Shown: one piece after another, positions 42,063 to 54,720 of the stretch
Numbering within the stretch: position 1 is the first letter of the stretch
Layout: every line of letters begins with the position of its first letter
NCBI GenBank assembly: GCA_025201805.1
Contig: MU619397.1
Coordinates: 1-64,000 of the forward strand
DNA length: 64,000 nucleotides
Direction of reading: 5' to 3'
Source: Parasitella parasitica NRRL 2501
Taxonomy: Eukaryota; Fungi; Mucoromycota
Notes under the pieces: generated by a model
Databases searched by the model: none
The model's input: only the letters and a program-made list of their open reading frames with translations
Told to the model about the DNA's origin: nothing
Translations under genes and position numbers: made by a program

Positions 42063-44379
42063 ATGGATTATTCTCGTTATGGTGGCCGCTATCGTGATGA
42101 TGAAAAGGAAAACTTGAGCACATTTCAAGTAACTCAGTGCCCCTCTGATAGTGATGCCTTGACAAATCTTGTTTATGTCTCTCGTGGTGTGATTAACTCC
42201 AAAATTCATCATGTTAAATTACAAGGGAAATACGTTTTCTCTGTGTGGTAAAAAGTTAGAATATAACAATGATACTACATAACTGAATTAATCCAAATCA
42301 TACAGCGAAGATGAACGTATCCCAAAATCTCAAATTGGTATTAATGGCCCTTCACGCCGTTGGGCTCAATTCTCTCTGGGTCAATCTGTCACGATAGAGC
42401 CTTATGATATTCACTCTGAAGGGAACAGCATTTACTTGAGCGACTTGAAAATGGAAATCGACTTTTTTCAAAAAAGTCGCAGCGTTCCTACAGAGTTTGC
42501 CGAAGAGGATATTAAAAAGACATTTCTCAACAATTTTGGTGGGCACATATTCAGCAAGGGACAACAACTAGCCTTTGAGTTTTGTGGTGTTAAATTTAAA
42601 GTTACCATAACAGATTTGGATGTTGTTGACTATGTATCAGAAAGGGGAGAAGTGGATGCACATCAAGACAAAAATTCTAGTGCTCAACTTGGTCTTTTGA
42701 TCCAAGGAACCAATGTTGTATTTGACAAGGCCGAAAACTCAATTGTAAACTTGAAACAATCCAAAAAAAGAGCCATGACCGCCAAGGCATTGATCAAGCC
42801 TGATTTCCAGTTTGAGGATCTCGGCATTGGTGGTTTAGACGATGAGTTCAGTGCCATTTTCCGTCGTGCATTTGCTTCGCGTATCTTTCCGCCTGCGCTG
42901 GTAGAGAAATTAGGCGTGCAACATGTCAAAGGCATTTTATTGTATGGTCCTCCAGGCACTGGCAAGACTTTAATGGCTCGACAAATTGGTAAAATGCTGC
43001 AGGCCAAGGAACCCAAGATTGTCAGTGGCCCTGAGGTGCTGTCTAAATTTGTTGGCCAGTCCGAAGAGAATGTGCGCAAGCTATTTGCTGATGCCGAGGA
43101 AGAATATCGTACCAAAGGCGAAGACTCTGGTCTTCATATTATCATTTTTGATGAATTAGATGCTATCTGCAAGTCTCGTGGTAGCCGCAGTGGAGACACT
43201 GGTGTTGGCGATTCTGTCGTGAATCAGCTCCTGGCTAAAATGGACGGTGTTGAGCAATTGAATAACATCTTGATCATCGGTATGACCAACAGAAAAGATA
43301 TGATCGACGAAGCCTTGCTGCGTCCTGGCCGTCTTGAAGTGCACATGGAGATTGGTTTGCCTGATGAAAAGGGGCGTCTTCAAATCCTAAAGATCCATAC
43401 TGGCAAGATGAGGACAAACAACGTTTTGGAGAGCGATGTCAATTTGGATGACTTGGCTGAATTGACCAAGAACTACAGTGGTGCAGAGATTTCTGGCGTT
43501 GTTAAGGCTGCTTCGTCGTATGCGTTCAATAGACATATCAAAGTAGGTACTATGGCTGGTATTGCCACTGACGTGGAAAACATGAAGGTGAGCATGGATG
43601 ACTTTTTGAATGCACTCAAGGAGGTGCAGCCTGCGTTTGGCGTATCTGAAGCCGAGTTGCAGCAATGTGTTCAAAACCATATTATACCATTCAGTCCCTC
43701 TGTTCAGCAAATTTTGACTGATGGTCACCTATATGTTGATCAAGTTCGGCAATCGTCTCGCACACCCTTGGTCAGCGTGCTCTTGAATGGCCCTGCTGGT
43801 AGTGGTAAAACTGCTCTTGCTGCTACAATTGGGATGGAAAGCCAGTTTCCCTTTATCAAATTAATTTCTCCTGAAACTATGGTGGGCATGTCTGAGGCTG
43901 CAAAAGTGACCGAGATCAACAAGATCTTCAACGACTCTTACAAATCACCCCTCAGTGTTATTGTCATTGACGCTATTGAGCGTCTGTTGGACTATGTCCC
44001 AATAGGCCCTCGCTTCTCTAATTCAGTTTTACAAGCGCTCATGGTCCTCTTGAAGAAGAAACCACCAAAGAATCGCCGCCTACTGATTTTGGCTACCACT
44101 ACACAGCGCCAAATCCTGGAGCAAATGGACATGACTGATGAATTCTCGGCTGAAATCTACGTGCCTACCATTACAAGCTTGGATGGTGTAGACGCTGTAT
44201 TGCAGCAATTGGAATTATTCAGCGATGCGGAGAGAGAAAGAGCTTTCTCAATTTTGAAACAGGCTAATATGGACCAAAAACTCACTATTGGTGTCAAAAA
44301 GCTATTGATGATTATTGAAATGGCTAGACAAGATCAAGACAAGATTGAAAAATTTGTTAATGCGATGCTAGCCTTGTAG
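42063..44379 (+). CDS. SEC18: Vesicle-fusing AAA+ ATPase NSF/Sec18
   Basis: GIGGLDDEFSAIFRRAFASR, GPPGTGKT, IIFDELDAICK and D2 GPAGSGKTALAA; one intron near the 5' end. Confidence 0.97.
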
Positions 44380-45043
44380 GAGTAGGAGTAAATAATAAAG
44401 GCGTTGCGATTAAACCACAAAGTTACTCAATGGATAATCTCATGCTTATCGCATGTATTCAGTGTTACAAGAACATCTAATTTTATTATCGAAAGATCAA
44501 ACCTCAGACCCGATGCGCAACAGTGATTCCCAAAGCAGTGACAATAGATTTTGTTTCTTCACCTATATAAGCCAAACTATTGTTCAGTTACTTGGCTTGG
44601 GACGAGTTCAAGATATATAGAGAATATTTAGTTTATCTCGAAGATTGTGTCTGCACGTTGAAGCTTGCTCAACCTTTAGGCAAACATATCTTGTGTAGAT
44701 GTACTGAAAAACCATGCAGACATTCCGTTATTTGAAATTCTTATTTGATGTATCACTTGTCCACACACCCACATCATATTCAGTTGTAAAATATTTTCAA
44801 AATACACGATTCCCGAGTCCACAACTTGAAGTTTAATGATTTTGACCTGAATACCTATACAAGATTTTTTTTTTTTTTTTTTTTTTTTTGCCCTTGGGAA
44901 GTGGTGGTGGGGGGGTTGTTGTTGATGGAAATTCAACATCATCGTGCTTTTAATGTGACTCTTGGAATAGCTCAAGCGATTAGACCGTAAAAATGATGTG
45001 CACTCACAGTAGCAGCGTATAATTTGCGTGTTAAAACATAAAA

Positions 45044-46988
45044 ATGTCTAAAATTGACTCTGCAGTATCGACTTTAACCGAATGGGATCGTCTTTGGCAA
45101 ACAGTTTGCGATACGCCTGATGATTTTACCACTTGGGAGCAGCTCATTCGAGTCACCGAGGAACAAGGCGGCGGATTCTCCAAAGCATCTTCTCCTGAAA
45201 GTATCACTCGCCTGGAAACTGTATATGATCACTTTTTGCAAAAGTTCCCACTTTGCTTTGGATACTGGAAAAAGTATGCCGATTTGCAGCTCGCAATACA
45301 TGGTGAGAAAGGTGCCGAAAAGGTGATTACTAGCAAAGATGCGAAAAGCGAGAAAACTATGCACTGACTACTCTCCAACAGACATTTGAACGAGGCGTGG
45401 TTGCCATCCACAATTCAATCGACCTGTGGAACCATTACATTGATTTTAAAATGAATCATTCAGCCTCCAACCAAGAAATCGAAAGGTATCTTCATATAGC
45501 ATCTCTACTGCATATACTGACCAACTTGTCGCAGCTTACTCGAACGTGCTGCAGTTTGTGTGGGGCTCGACTTTCTCGCTCATCCATTTTGGGATAAATA
45601 CATTGACTTTTTAGAGAATCGCATCTCTGCAGAACTTGGGCAAGTGCTTGCACTGTTGGATCGGATCGTTCTAATCCCAATGCATCAATACGCTCGCTAC
45701 TATGAAAAATGGCGCGGCATTCGCAACAGCTTGAACCCCTCAGACGCATTGGATCCGGTAACTTTGGACGCCTTTTCAAGAGAAATCCGCCAGGTTAAAG
45801 GCGATATCCCTGCCGCCGAATTTGTGGCCTCGCTGAAAGAAAGGTTGGATGCGCAAACAAATTCAGCGTACAGGACTACGCAGGAAGGAACGACCGTGAG
45901 ATGGGTCTACGAGGCAGAAATAAAGCGCTCCTATTTCCATGTAAAGCCTTTGGATAAACCACAATTGACAAATTGGAGCAAATACCTGGATTTCGAAGAG
46001 TCCCAAAATAACCCTGATCGTATCCGAGCTCTTTACGAAAGATGTTTGGTGCCTTGCGTAACTAGATAATTTGATTGTGTGATGTGCCATGTTTTGATTG
46101 TGTACTATAAAATAGGCTCAATATGAAGAGTTTTGGTTGCGATATGGACGATGGCTGAGCGATAACGATCGACTAGAGGATGCCAAGCATGCATACGAGA
46201 GAGCAGCTTTTACATTTTTACCTGCCGATCGACCTAGCATCAAGATTGCACTTGCACTGGTTTTAGAGGAATTGGGTGACATTGATCAAGCAAGGGAAGC
46301 ATTCACGAAAGTATTGGAAGCAAGTGAGTGCATTTAGGCTGATATCTGTAACACGAAAAAACTAACTGTGTAAAAGCACCTAATCATATTGAGACTATAT
46401 TGAACTACATCCATTTTGAAAAAAGACAAGACCCGTCATCATTTGATTCTTTGGTCAACACATATATACAGTCGAATCAATTGGATGAGAACGCCAAGGC
46501 GTTCTTTACTGTCCAACGCATTAAACATTTACAGCAGGTACCTTGCAGACAAGTGCACAGTATAAACGTGCGCATGCTAACGACCCTGTACAGCAAAATA
46601 ATCCTATAGAGAGCACAAGAGAAATATATGCTACTTTAGCAAAGCTGTCTCCTTCGAGCAAATTCTTTTGGATGAATTACATCAATTTTGAGCTTGGTTT
46701 CTATGGTAGGGAATGTATGCACAGTCAGATTTGAATCACCACTCATAACAAGCAGATCATCTGTCAAAGGACCGTATTTTGCAAGTCTTTGACAAAGCCC
46801 GTACAAGCTTACCAGAAGAATCTTTGGCCACAATCAATACACTTTATAAAGATTACATTTTGGAGCGAGGCGACTCCGTGGCAGCATTAAATAGAAAGAC
46901 GCCGTCAGCAAAGAACACACTAAAACGAGCTGCTGCTGTCGAGGCTGGCAATCATGACTCAACAAAACAGGCTCGCTTGGAAGCATAA
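45044..46988 (+). CDS. PRP39: U1 snRNP HAT-repeat splicing factor Prp39
   Basis: FPLCFGYWKKYAD, GLDFLAHPFWDKY, IPMHQYARY, IKRSYFHVKPL and LYERCLVPC; multi-exon. Confidence 0.93.
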
Positions 46989-47053
46989 CAGTAATAATCT
47001 ACAAGGCCAGTTTTTTGGTTTAAATTTATTGATTCATGCATATTATACATATG

Positions 47054-48820
47054 CTACTTTTTATACAATTTGCTCTCCTTCTCATAAGCATTGGCATCTG
47101 GCATGATGTGCTCATTCAAGACCATATGCGCCCTTAATGCTGCTTTTCTGGGCTTTATTTCCTCAATAAATCCTACGTCGTATTCTTCATACACAACTTG
47201 AGGCTCTTCTTCATACAAGTCGTCCTTCCACTTGTCTATAATATCTGGAATCAAATGCGCTTTTGCTATCGTGTCTTCTAATAATGCATTATCTGTTGGT
47301 ATATACGTGTATCTGCGGTCTGAATGAATATCTATGAACCTCCACTGGGCATAACAATCCTCTAGCCAAAGATGATTCACTAATTCAACACTAGGATGTT
47401 CGTGCAGTTTTGCGTATTTGTCTCCGGAACCACCACCGCAGATCAAATGGGTGGTGTCTTTTGCGAGTTCAGCCGAATACTTTGCTCCACAAGCAGCAAT
47501 AAGTATGTTGACGTAAGAGCGATATTGAGCTTTGAATCCTGTCAATGCAATAACACACTTTTGCATACTTGACATGCCTACTTTTGGCACGGGATAGTCA
47601 AACAGAGTATCCAAAGGTGAACACCAGTACCCTCTACAATAGGTATTTGATATCCACCAGAAACTTGCAATGCATTTTTTATCCTGCACTGCCTGCTTGT
47701 ATTCTATCGAGGATCTATATTTTAGAATGACAACAGTTACTTGATGAGGATTGTAGTCTTCTAAGATTCTTGCACCCATCTCTTGGATGTACCACTCTAT
47801 TTTGGGTATAATTTTCTCCTTTTCTTTATCTGATCGCACGTCTTTGCCCAGATATACAACTTGATTATGCAATGGTTTGTTTATAGCAATATCTTGGTTT
47901 GGTGCCAATACTAACGGAGCCTTTGGATATGGATAGATAGCTGCTGGATCAGGCATATTTTGATAATATATAAAAGGCGATGGAAGTCTATAAGAATCGT
48001 ATGGAAACTGATGGTGATATCGAAGACAATCGTCTAGCCATTGGGGAAGTACAACAGGTATGCTCCTTTCCATACATTCATTGTAATGTACCTATGATTC
48101 TATCAGTTTTTGTTTTGTCTTTTTATGTCTGTCACATATTTACCCCTCTGGGCTCGATGCAAATCAAACATGTAACATCTTCACTGAAATCATCTCGGCA
48201 CTGCCCGCCAAACTTTAAAACCTGGTCATGTATTTCTTTGCATTCCTCAGGTAACTGCAATTTGGCATGGTTAACACAGTAAATTCGCATTTCATCTATT
48301 CTACATTTACGTCAAGTAATAACAGCACTTGGCCTGACAAAAATTGATGCTTTCCAGGCTCATAGTATGACATACTATCGTATCCCTAGTTAAACACATG
48401 TCCCAATAGGCTTGTTTTTCACCTACTCGTGTACAAATCCGTTCATAATAGCCTTTTCGACCCATAGTGGCTGTTCATCGTTGTCAAAAAAGAAGTGTCA
48501 ATTTAGTTACCATGGAAATATATCAAACATATACGTTACTGTAACAGACTGTATACTTGGCATTTTCCTGACATCAGACACAAACAGGTTTGGCAGTTGC
48601 TGGTTTGCAGAAACGCCTCCATTGTTAAATAAAATGTTGTTTAGCTATGCAATCACGATCAGATAGAGTCTATGTTTTTGTGGAATAGATATCTCACCCT
48701 TTGTGTTTGCTCTTTGGGAAGTCTATCGTCAATAGAATAGACAACATGTTCAAATAAATTTATGCTCTTTTTGTCATTGATGTGTCTGCCTAGTTTGAGT
48801 GTTTCATAAAATCCGAGCAT
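47054..48820 (-). CDS. Multi-BRCT protein (Brc1/Rtt107-like N-terminal BRCT array)
   Basis: Repeated BRCT signatures VVLPQWLDDC, ASFWWISN, TLFDYP, IALTGF..TTHLIC and LVNHLWLEDCY. Confidence 0.8.
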
Positions 48821-49282
48821 AGACTATTCACAAAATGAGACGAATATAGAGAAAAGGCGTCAAATGTCAAATCACGTTCCAGAAAGGAACGTGCTTTTTT
48901 TTAGGCGACAGGGTGCCATACTTGATCTACCTTTGAGCGACATGAAACATGCATTTTTCATTCGAATGTTCCGTAGCTCATCATTCGAATATAAACTGCT
49001 GACAATTTAGAATAGTGACTTATGCAAACAAAGTATAGTTCTATGAAAAATGCATGCATTGTTTAATATAGAAGGATGAGAATTGGATAAAATAGATTCA
49101 TGTAAATGGGATTTCAAAATGCAACATCGTGCCTTATAGTACAATTTTTGGATGCAAATAGATTCCTATTTAAGGCTGCATTGTACAACTTTTTTTTCTC
49201 TCTCTATCTCTCTCTTTTTTTTTTATCATTATTGATATTATTATTCCTTGGTGCTTCTTTTACCTTCATTACGTTTAGAGAA

Positions 49283-50709
49283 ATGTCTGCTCAGTCACCA
49301 TCTCGTGCATCAAATAACATTGTTGGCATCCATTTCAAAGTCGGTAAAAAGATCGGTCAAGGTAGTTTTGGCATCATATACCAAGGTAACATCAACTACT
49401 TGTACATCACTCGTAAAATATAACAACAACTAAAAAGGCACAAATCTACTGAACAATGAGCAAGTGGCAATAAAATTTGAGCCGAGAAACAGCGATGCGC
49501 CTCAACTAAGGGATGAATACAGAGCATATAAAATAATGGCTGGATCATGTATGTGGTAGTAAGAAATTCATGCATATGGTTTACCTTAACAAATGATAGT
49601 AGCTGGTATCCCCAAGGCCTATTATTTCGGTCAAGAAAGCTTACATAACATTCTAGTGATTGACCTGTTAGGCCCAAGCTTGGAGGATTTGTTTGATTTA
49701 TGTGGCAGGACCTTTAGTGTTAAAACTGTCGCGATGTTGGCTATTCAGATGATTTCAAGAGTAGAATCTATACATGAAAAAGACATGATTTATCGTGATA
49801 TAAAGCCAGATAATTTCTTAATCGGCAGACCAGGATCAACGCAAGAGAATGACATATTCGTTGTCGACTTTGGTATGGCAAAATTATTTCGCGATAAAAG
49901 AACAAAGCAGCATATACCTTACAAAGAAAGAGAAAGCTTATCTGGCACAGCAAGATACATGAGCATCAATACACATCTAGGAAGAGGTTCGTAGTTGTAT
50001 TATTTGTATTGCAACAATAACCCTTTTAATATTCATGCAATTAAACGTAGAGCAATCTCGTCGTGATGATCTCGAGGCACTAGGTCATGTGTTTTTGTAC
50101 TTTCTAAGAGGCTCTTTGCCGTGGCAGGGCATAAGGGTTCGAACGAACAAGCAAAAATATGAAAAAATTGGCGAAAAAAAGCAAACAATTGGCATCAGAT
50201 CATTGTGCGGAGGTTACCCTAGTAAGTATACACGTTTCGCATTCAAATGGGTAGAATTATTCATATCAAAGGCAGATCAATTCGTCAAGTACTTGCAGTA
50301 CTGTAGAAAACTAAGCTTTGACGAAACCCCAGACTACATATGGCTCAAAAAGTTATTTGCAGACTTGATTAAAGAATTAGGTGTTCGAGACGACGGTATT
50401 TATGACTGGACTCTTTTGAACGATGGAAAAGGCTGGAAAACTGTAAAAAAAGAAAAACCACCATCTCCTAAACTGATAATGCCACCACCTCTTCTGCTTC
50501 CTTTGCATTACGATAGCAAAATACAAGGACACTCTAAAGCTTCATCAAAGGCACAATTGAAAAAAAACCATCAAACATTTAAAGACTTCTCGCCAGGGCA
50601 GCCATCTTCTCACAATGATAGCGAACTTAGCTCCCAAGATAAAACAATCTGTTCAAACCTATTGCCAATCAATTGGAAAAAAATCGGAGCGTTTTTAATA
50701 TGTAGATAA
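49283..50709 (+). CDS. Casein kinase I (YCK/Cki-like)
   Basis: [62 protein letters not shown] and EQSRRDDLE; C-terminal Cys. Confidence 0.95.
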
Positions 50710-51005
50710 CATGCAAATTCAGACTTATAAACAAAATACAAAAGCCACAATGCTGATATGTCTAATGATTTCCATCTTTTTTATTTGATAGCTTTATAGG
50801 ATACGAGCTCAACGATAACATTTGGTCTTTTTTTGAGCACTTGAAAAGTCAAGAGATCTTTTGTTTCTCTTACCAAAAAACCTGTGATGTATCCAAACTG
50901 TGCTCAAGCATTTGCTAATTTATACCAATAAAAGCGGAATCTCATGAATATAAAAATAGGGGGTGGTGTACATGTAAATGTCTAAATTGAGTGAGTTTAG
51001 TGCAC

Positions 51006-52130
51006 TTAATACGGATGTTTGAAAACACTGCTCACTTTTTTGATGAAGCTAATTTGCTCAACATTTCGAGAATAAATTGCCCGTATTTCATGTTCAAGTG
51101 CTATTCTGGAGATGTCATACAACATCTGCACTATTGGATCATCCCTGTATTCCAAACTAAGCAGTGAGACTTCTTGTTTTGTTAATACATGTATCCGAGT
51201 GCAACCATTTCTGATAGCGGCGTGATTAAGAAATCCGAGATGAAGGACCGTTGAAGTATTGTTGAACGTCTGTGAAAATAACTAGGATCAATATAAAAGA
51301 ATAATAGAGGCAATTGAAGAGGATGGAAATGATTCAAAACCAAATGATGGCTTGATCTACAATGAAACATGTATACGAAAATACACAAAGCAGCTTTCTA
51401 ATTCATCCATGCCAAAGCCTTTAGCGTTATCACCAACAGTTCAGGCAAGTAGCAGTAGAAAATCCAATCATAAAAGTCCATTGAGAACCACTGCTCCAAA
51501 CCCAAAAATAGACAGATATGGAATGGGTAAAAGAGTTTGTTGAAGAATATAGGACTACAAAAAAGAGAATGAATTGGAAAACGTGCTTTGACGAGGGACG
51601 TAATGCTGGTTATCTGGGAACATATTCAAATCCTCAAAGTCTTAAAAACACCTTTAACAAGCTTAATCCAAAACATTAATTATGTTTTATATCATTTGAG
51701 TTTATTCATACCAACATTCTATCCCCATCCATTTATAATTACAATAGTAGTTGATATACATGTACCAGTTTTTTTTTATTCCTTATTTCTTTTAATATGT
51801 ATAGTAAATAAGATATCTGTAAGAATCTTTATAGGATCTGGAGTTTTGAACGCATATAACTGTATACCTTTCACCTTATTCGTCTGAACTTAACCCTATC
51901 GAGATGGATTGAAAATGTTCAAGAACCGAGTCCGAAGAAGTAAATTGGCAAATGCAGAAACACTTTCTTCAAGACTATTTCTGTTGAACACATACAAGAT
52001 TTCATCCAGCACTTGATCGACGTATCCCTCAAATGCTTGAATAAAAAGTGGGCAATTTATTATCGAAATTAGTTTCAAAAAAGTGAGCGGTGTTTTCAAA
52101 CATTCGGTAAATTGAGGGTGAAAGCATATA
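51006..52130 (+). mobile_element. Internally deleted, degenerate TIR element (copy B) of the PD-(D/E)XK family
   Basis: Imperfect inverted termini at about 51011-51083 (GATGTTTGAAAACACTGCTCACTTTTTTGA...TAAATTGCCC) and 52047-52127 match each other and the terminus at 31792. Confidence 0.7.
51247..51679 (+). pseudogene. C-terminal remnant of the PD-(D/E)XK gene
   Basis: TVEVLLNVCENN*DQYKRIIEA / GLIYNETCIRKY / RMNWKTCFDEG..LKNTFNK align to TVDSLVDVTKETQKQFRRILEA / GVLYTETCLHKY / QMNWKVCYENG..LKNTFNE of copy A. A stop and a frameshift are present. Confidence 0.85.
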
Positions 52131-52557
52131 ACAGTATCAAGATCTACTACACTAAAGAATCTCGGAGTCGTGGTATGAATAGATCTGGATCAGTTTTTTT
52201 TATGGAATTATTGCCAATTACTACAACAGCCGCCTACATTCAGGGAAATTGCTTTAATCATTGCCTAAAAGAGACTAACCGCTAGTAGACTATGAAATCT
52301 AAATACATTCTCATATCTTGTAATGCATCTTGGAGTCAATAATTACGTCGAGTTTGTCGACAACTTGAAATTTCCGGCAAATCAATTGGATTGTTTCTCT
52401 AATTTTGATGGATTTGCTGGTGGAACTATTACATCTGAATCCTCAAGGTATTCTCAGAAAACGCGGGACCTTAACCAATTTGAGTCAAGTTCTTTATAAA
52501 AGGTTCTTTTCTCGCCTATCATTGCTGATCTTTCTTTCGCTTTTTGTGTTGCTCGGA

Positions 52558-54087
52558 ATGGCTGAAAATAACATCAAGGGCATTTTATCTGAGTATGATA
52601 ACGAATCTGTTGTTACCAGGCAAGCAATTCACCGTGGTGGTCGAAAATCCATCTACATGGCCGGTGTTGTTGCTGCTGGAGGTGGATTTGTCGTTGGCTT
52701 TGATACAGGCGCTGTATCCGGTACCATGGTATTGCAGCCATTTATCGACAAATTCCTAAATGTGGATGCCACTTATCGCTCTGCTCTTTTGGTTGCCATG
52801 ATGTTATTAACTGCCACTATTGGTGGTTTAGCTTCCGGCAATGTATGTGGTAAGTATTTTGTGTAGCACACATCATATGTATATCAAACTAAGCTTGCTA
52901 TAGATTACATGGGTCGTAAAAATACAATTCTTCTTGGTACGAGTGTGTTTGGCATCGGCGCTCTTTTTGAAACAATCGGTTATAACTTTGGTTTACTCAT
53001 GGCCGGCCGTCTTTTTGTTGGTCTTGGTGAAGGTTTTTTGACCAATGCTATCCCACTTTACCACACCGAGATCGCTCCTCCCGACATTCGTGGTCGACTG
53101 ATCACTCTATTCAGTGCCATGTCATCTGTGGGCACTATTGTTGGTTATTTCGTCAACTTTGGCACTTCTTACCTTGGCAATGACTGGGCTTGGCGTACTC
53201 CATTTTTGGTTCAACTACTCGTTTGCATCTTTTTGCTGTCTGCGTATTTCTTGCCCTATTCTCCTCGTTGGCTCATCGATAAAGGCCGTAAAGAAGAAGC
53301 TTTGTTGGTCCTTGCTAAGCTCCATGAATCGACAGTTGAAGATCCCGAAGTTCGTAACGAATACCAATGTATTTGTGAAGAGATCCGAGTTGAACGTTCT
53401 TTTGGTACTCGTACCTACGTCGAGTGTTTCCGCGGCACTAATTTGAAGCGTACACTTTTTGCCTTATTCACTGGTAACGGTGCTGCGTTTACTGGTACTT
53501 ATTCCATCACTTACTATGCTCCTTCTATTTTTCAGCAAGCCGGGGTGGGGAGCACTTCCATTTCACTAGCTACGAGCGGCGCGAGCAACATTCTTGTCTT
53601 GATTGTCACCTTGTTGACAGTATTATTCATCGACCGTTTGGGTCGGCGTGGAATTTTTGCTTCTGGTGCTATTGTTATGGGTCTCTCCATGTACATTGTT
53701 GGCGGCCTCTTTCAAGGCTACAGTTTCATTGACGACGAAGGCAATGTTGGGCTATCAAACAAGCATGCTCAAGCTTGCGTTATCGCCTTTGTGTTTATTT
53801 TCCAAGCAGCTTATGCTTACAGTTGGGGGCCTGTTGCCTACATTTATCCTGCTGAAATCTCCAATATGCGTACTCGTGCTAAAGTTATTGCTCTTGCATA
53901 TGGCTTGAACTGGGCGATCGGTATCTTTATGACGTTTGTCATGCCAATCTTTATGAACAACACCATCTATGGCGGCTATTACTTTTTCGGTGCCTGCTGT
54001 AGCATCCTCTCTATCGGCAGTTTCTGGCTCCCAGAAACTAAAGGAAAAACTTTGGAGGAAATTGATCGCATGTTTAATCCTCTCTAG
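52558..54087 (+). CDS. MFS sugar-porter family transporter with atypical binding site; predicted thiamine/precursor transporter
   Basis: GFDTG, GRK, PLYHTEIAPPDIRGRL, PYSPRWL, IDRLGRR and PETKGKTLEEID; one intron at about 52850-52903. The substrate is inferred from the linked TPP riboswitch. Confidence 0.9.
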
Positions 54088-54304
54088 CGTTGAAACGGGT
54101 ATATTTCTTTTATCTCAATCAATCATACTAACCAAACTATCTTTAAAATAAACATTCGCCATAGTTGTCCTGCCCCCCGCCTCTGGTCCTCACCGGGTCT
54201 CTGGTCATTTAGCTGTGGACTACTGCTTACTCTTTTCGGTCTTATGGTGGGGATCCATGCGTTGGGATGGTAACTTGCTATTCTTTCAATTGTACTAAAA
54301 AAAA

Positions 54305-54393
54305 GGACAATCGAGGGGTGCTAGACCTAACGGTCGGCTGAGATTATACCCTTAAGAGCGGACCATGTTAATGCATGCGACGGCCACGAGTTC
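54305..54393 (+). promoter_or_regulatory. TPP (THI-box) riboswitch aptamer in a predicted 3' UTR intron
   Basis: P1 GGAC..TCG/CGAGTTC; P2 AGGG/CCCT; P3 GCT-GACC[TAAC]GGTC-GGC; conserved CTGAGA and ATACCC; P4 CG/CG; P5 CATG[TTAATG]CATG followed by CG. Confidence 0.92.
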
Positions 54394-54720
54394 CCATTTG
54401 TACAATTGCTTTTTTTCTCATTTTTATGCCAGGTAACGTATCATCTTGCTACACATTCTCTCTGCGCTTCCACATATAGTTGGTGGTCTTTGTTTGCTTG
54501 ACCATTGTTTTTGAATTTGGCATTTGGCATTTGACAATTGACATTTGGGCTTGTCCTAATCTCATGCTCTTATGGTATCTCTCGTTGGGATCCTTGTTTA
54601 TAGTTGCTGTTGGTCGTATCAGCATGTGTGTTTGTGTGTGTTTCTCAATAAAAGTTGTGATTTTCCAGTGGTTTTTTTATTATAAATAGTGGTTTATTAA
54701 ATGACGAATAAGTTACTATT

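Noticed and set aside
42684-43931. Antisense ORFs over SEC18 (and similar ones over GUT1, GH5 and the phosphatase)
   Set aside because: Shadow frames produced by codon bias of the real genes.
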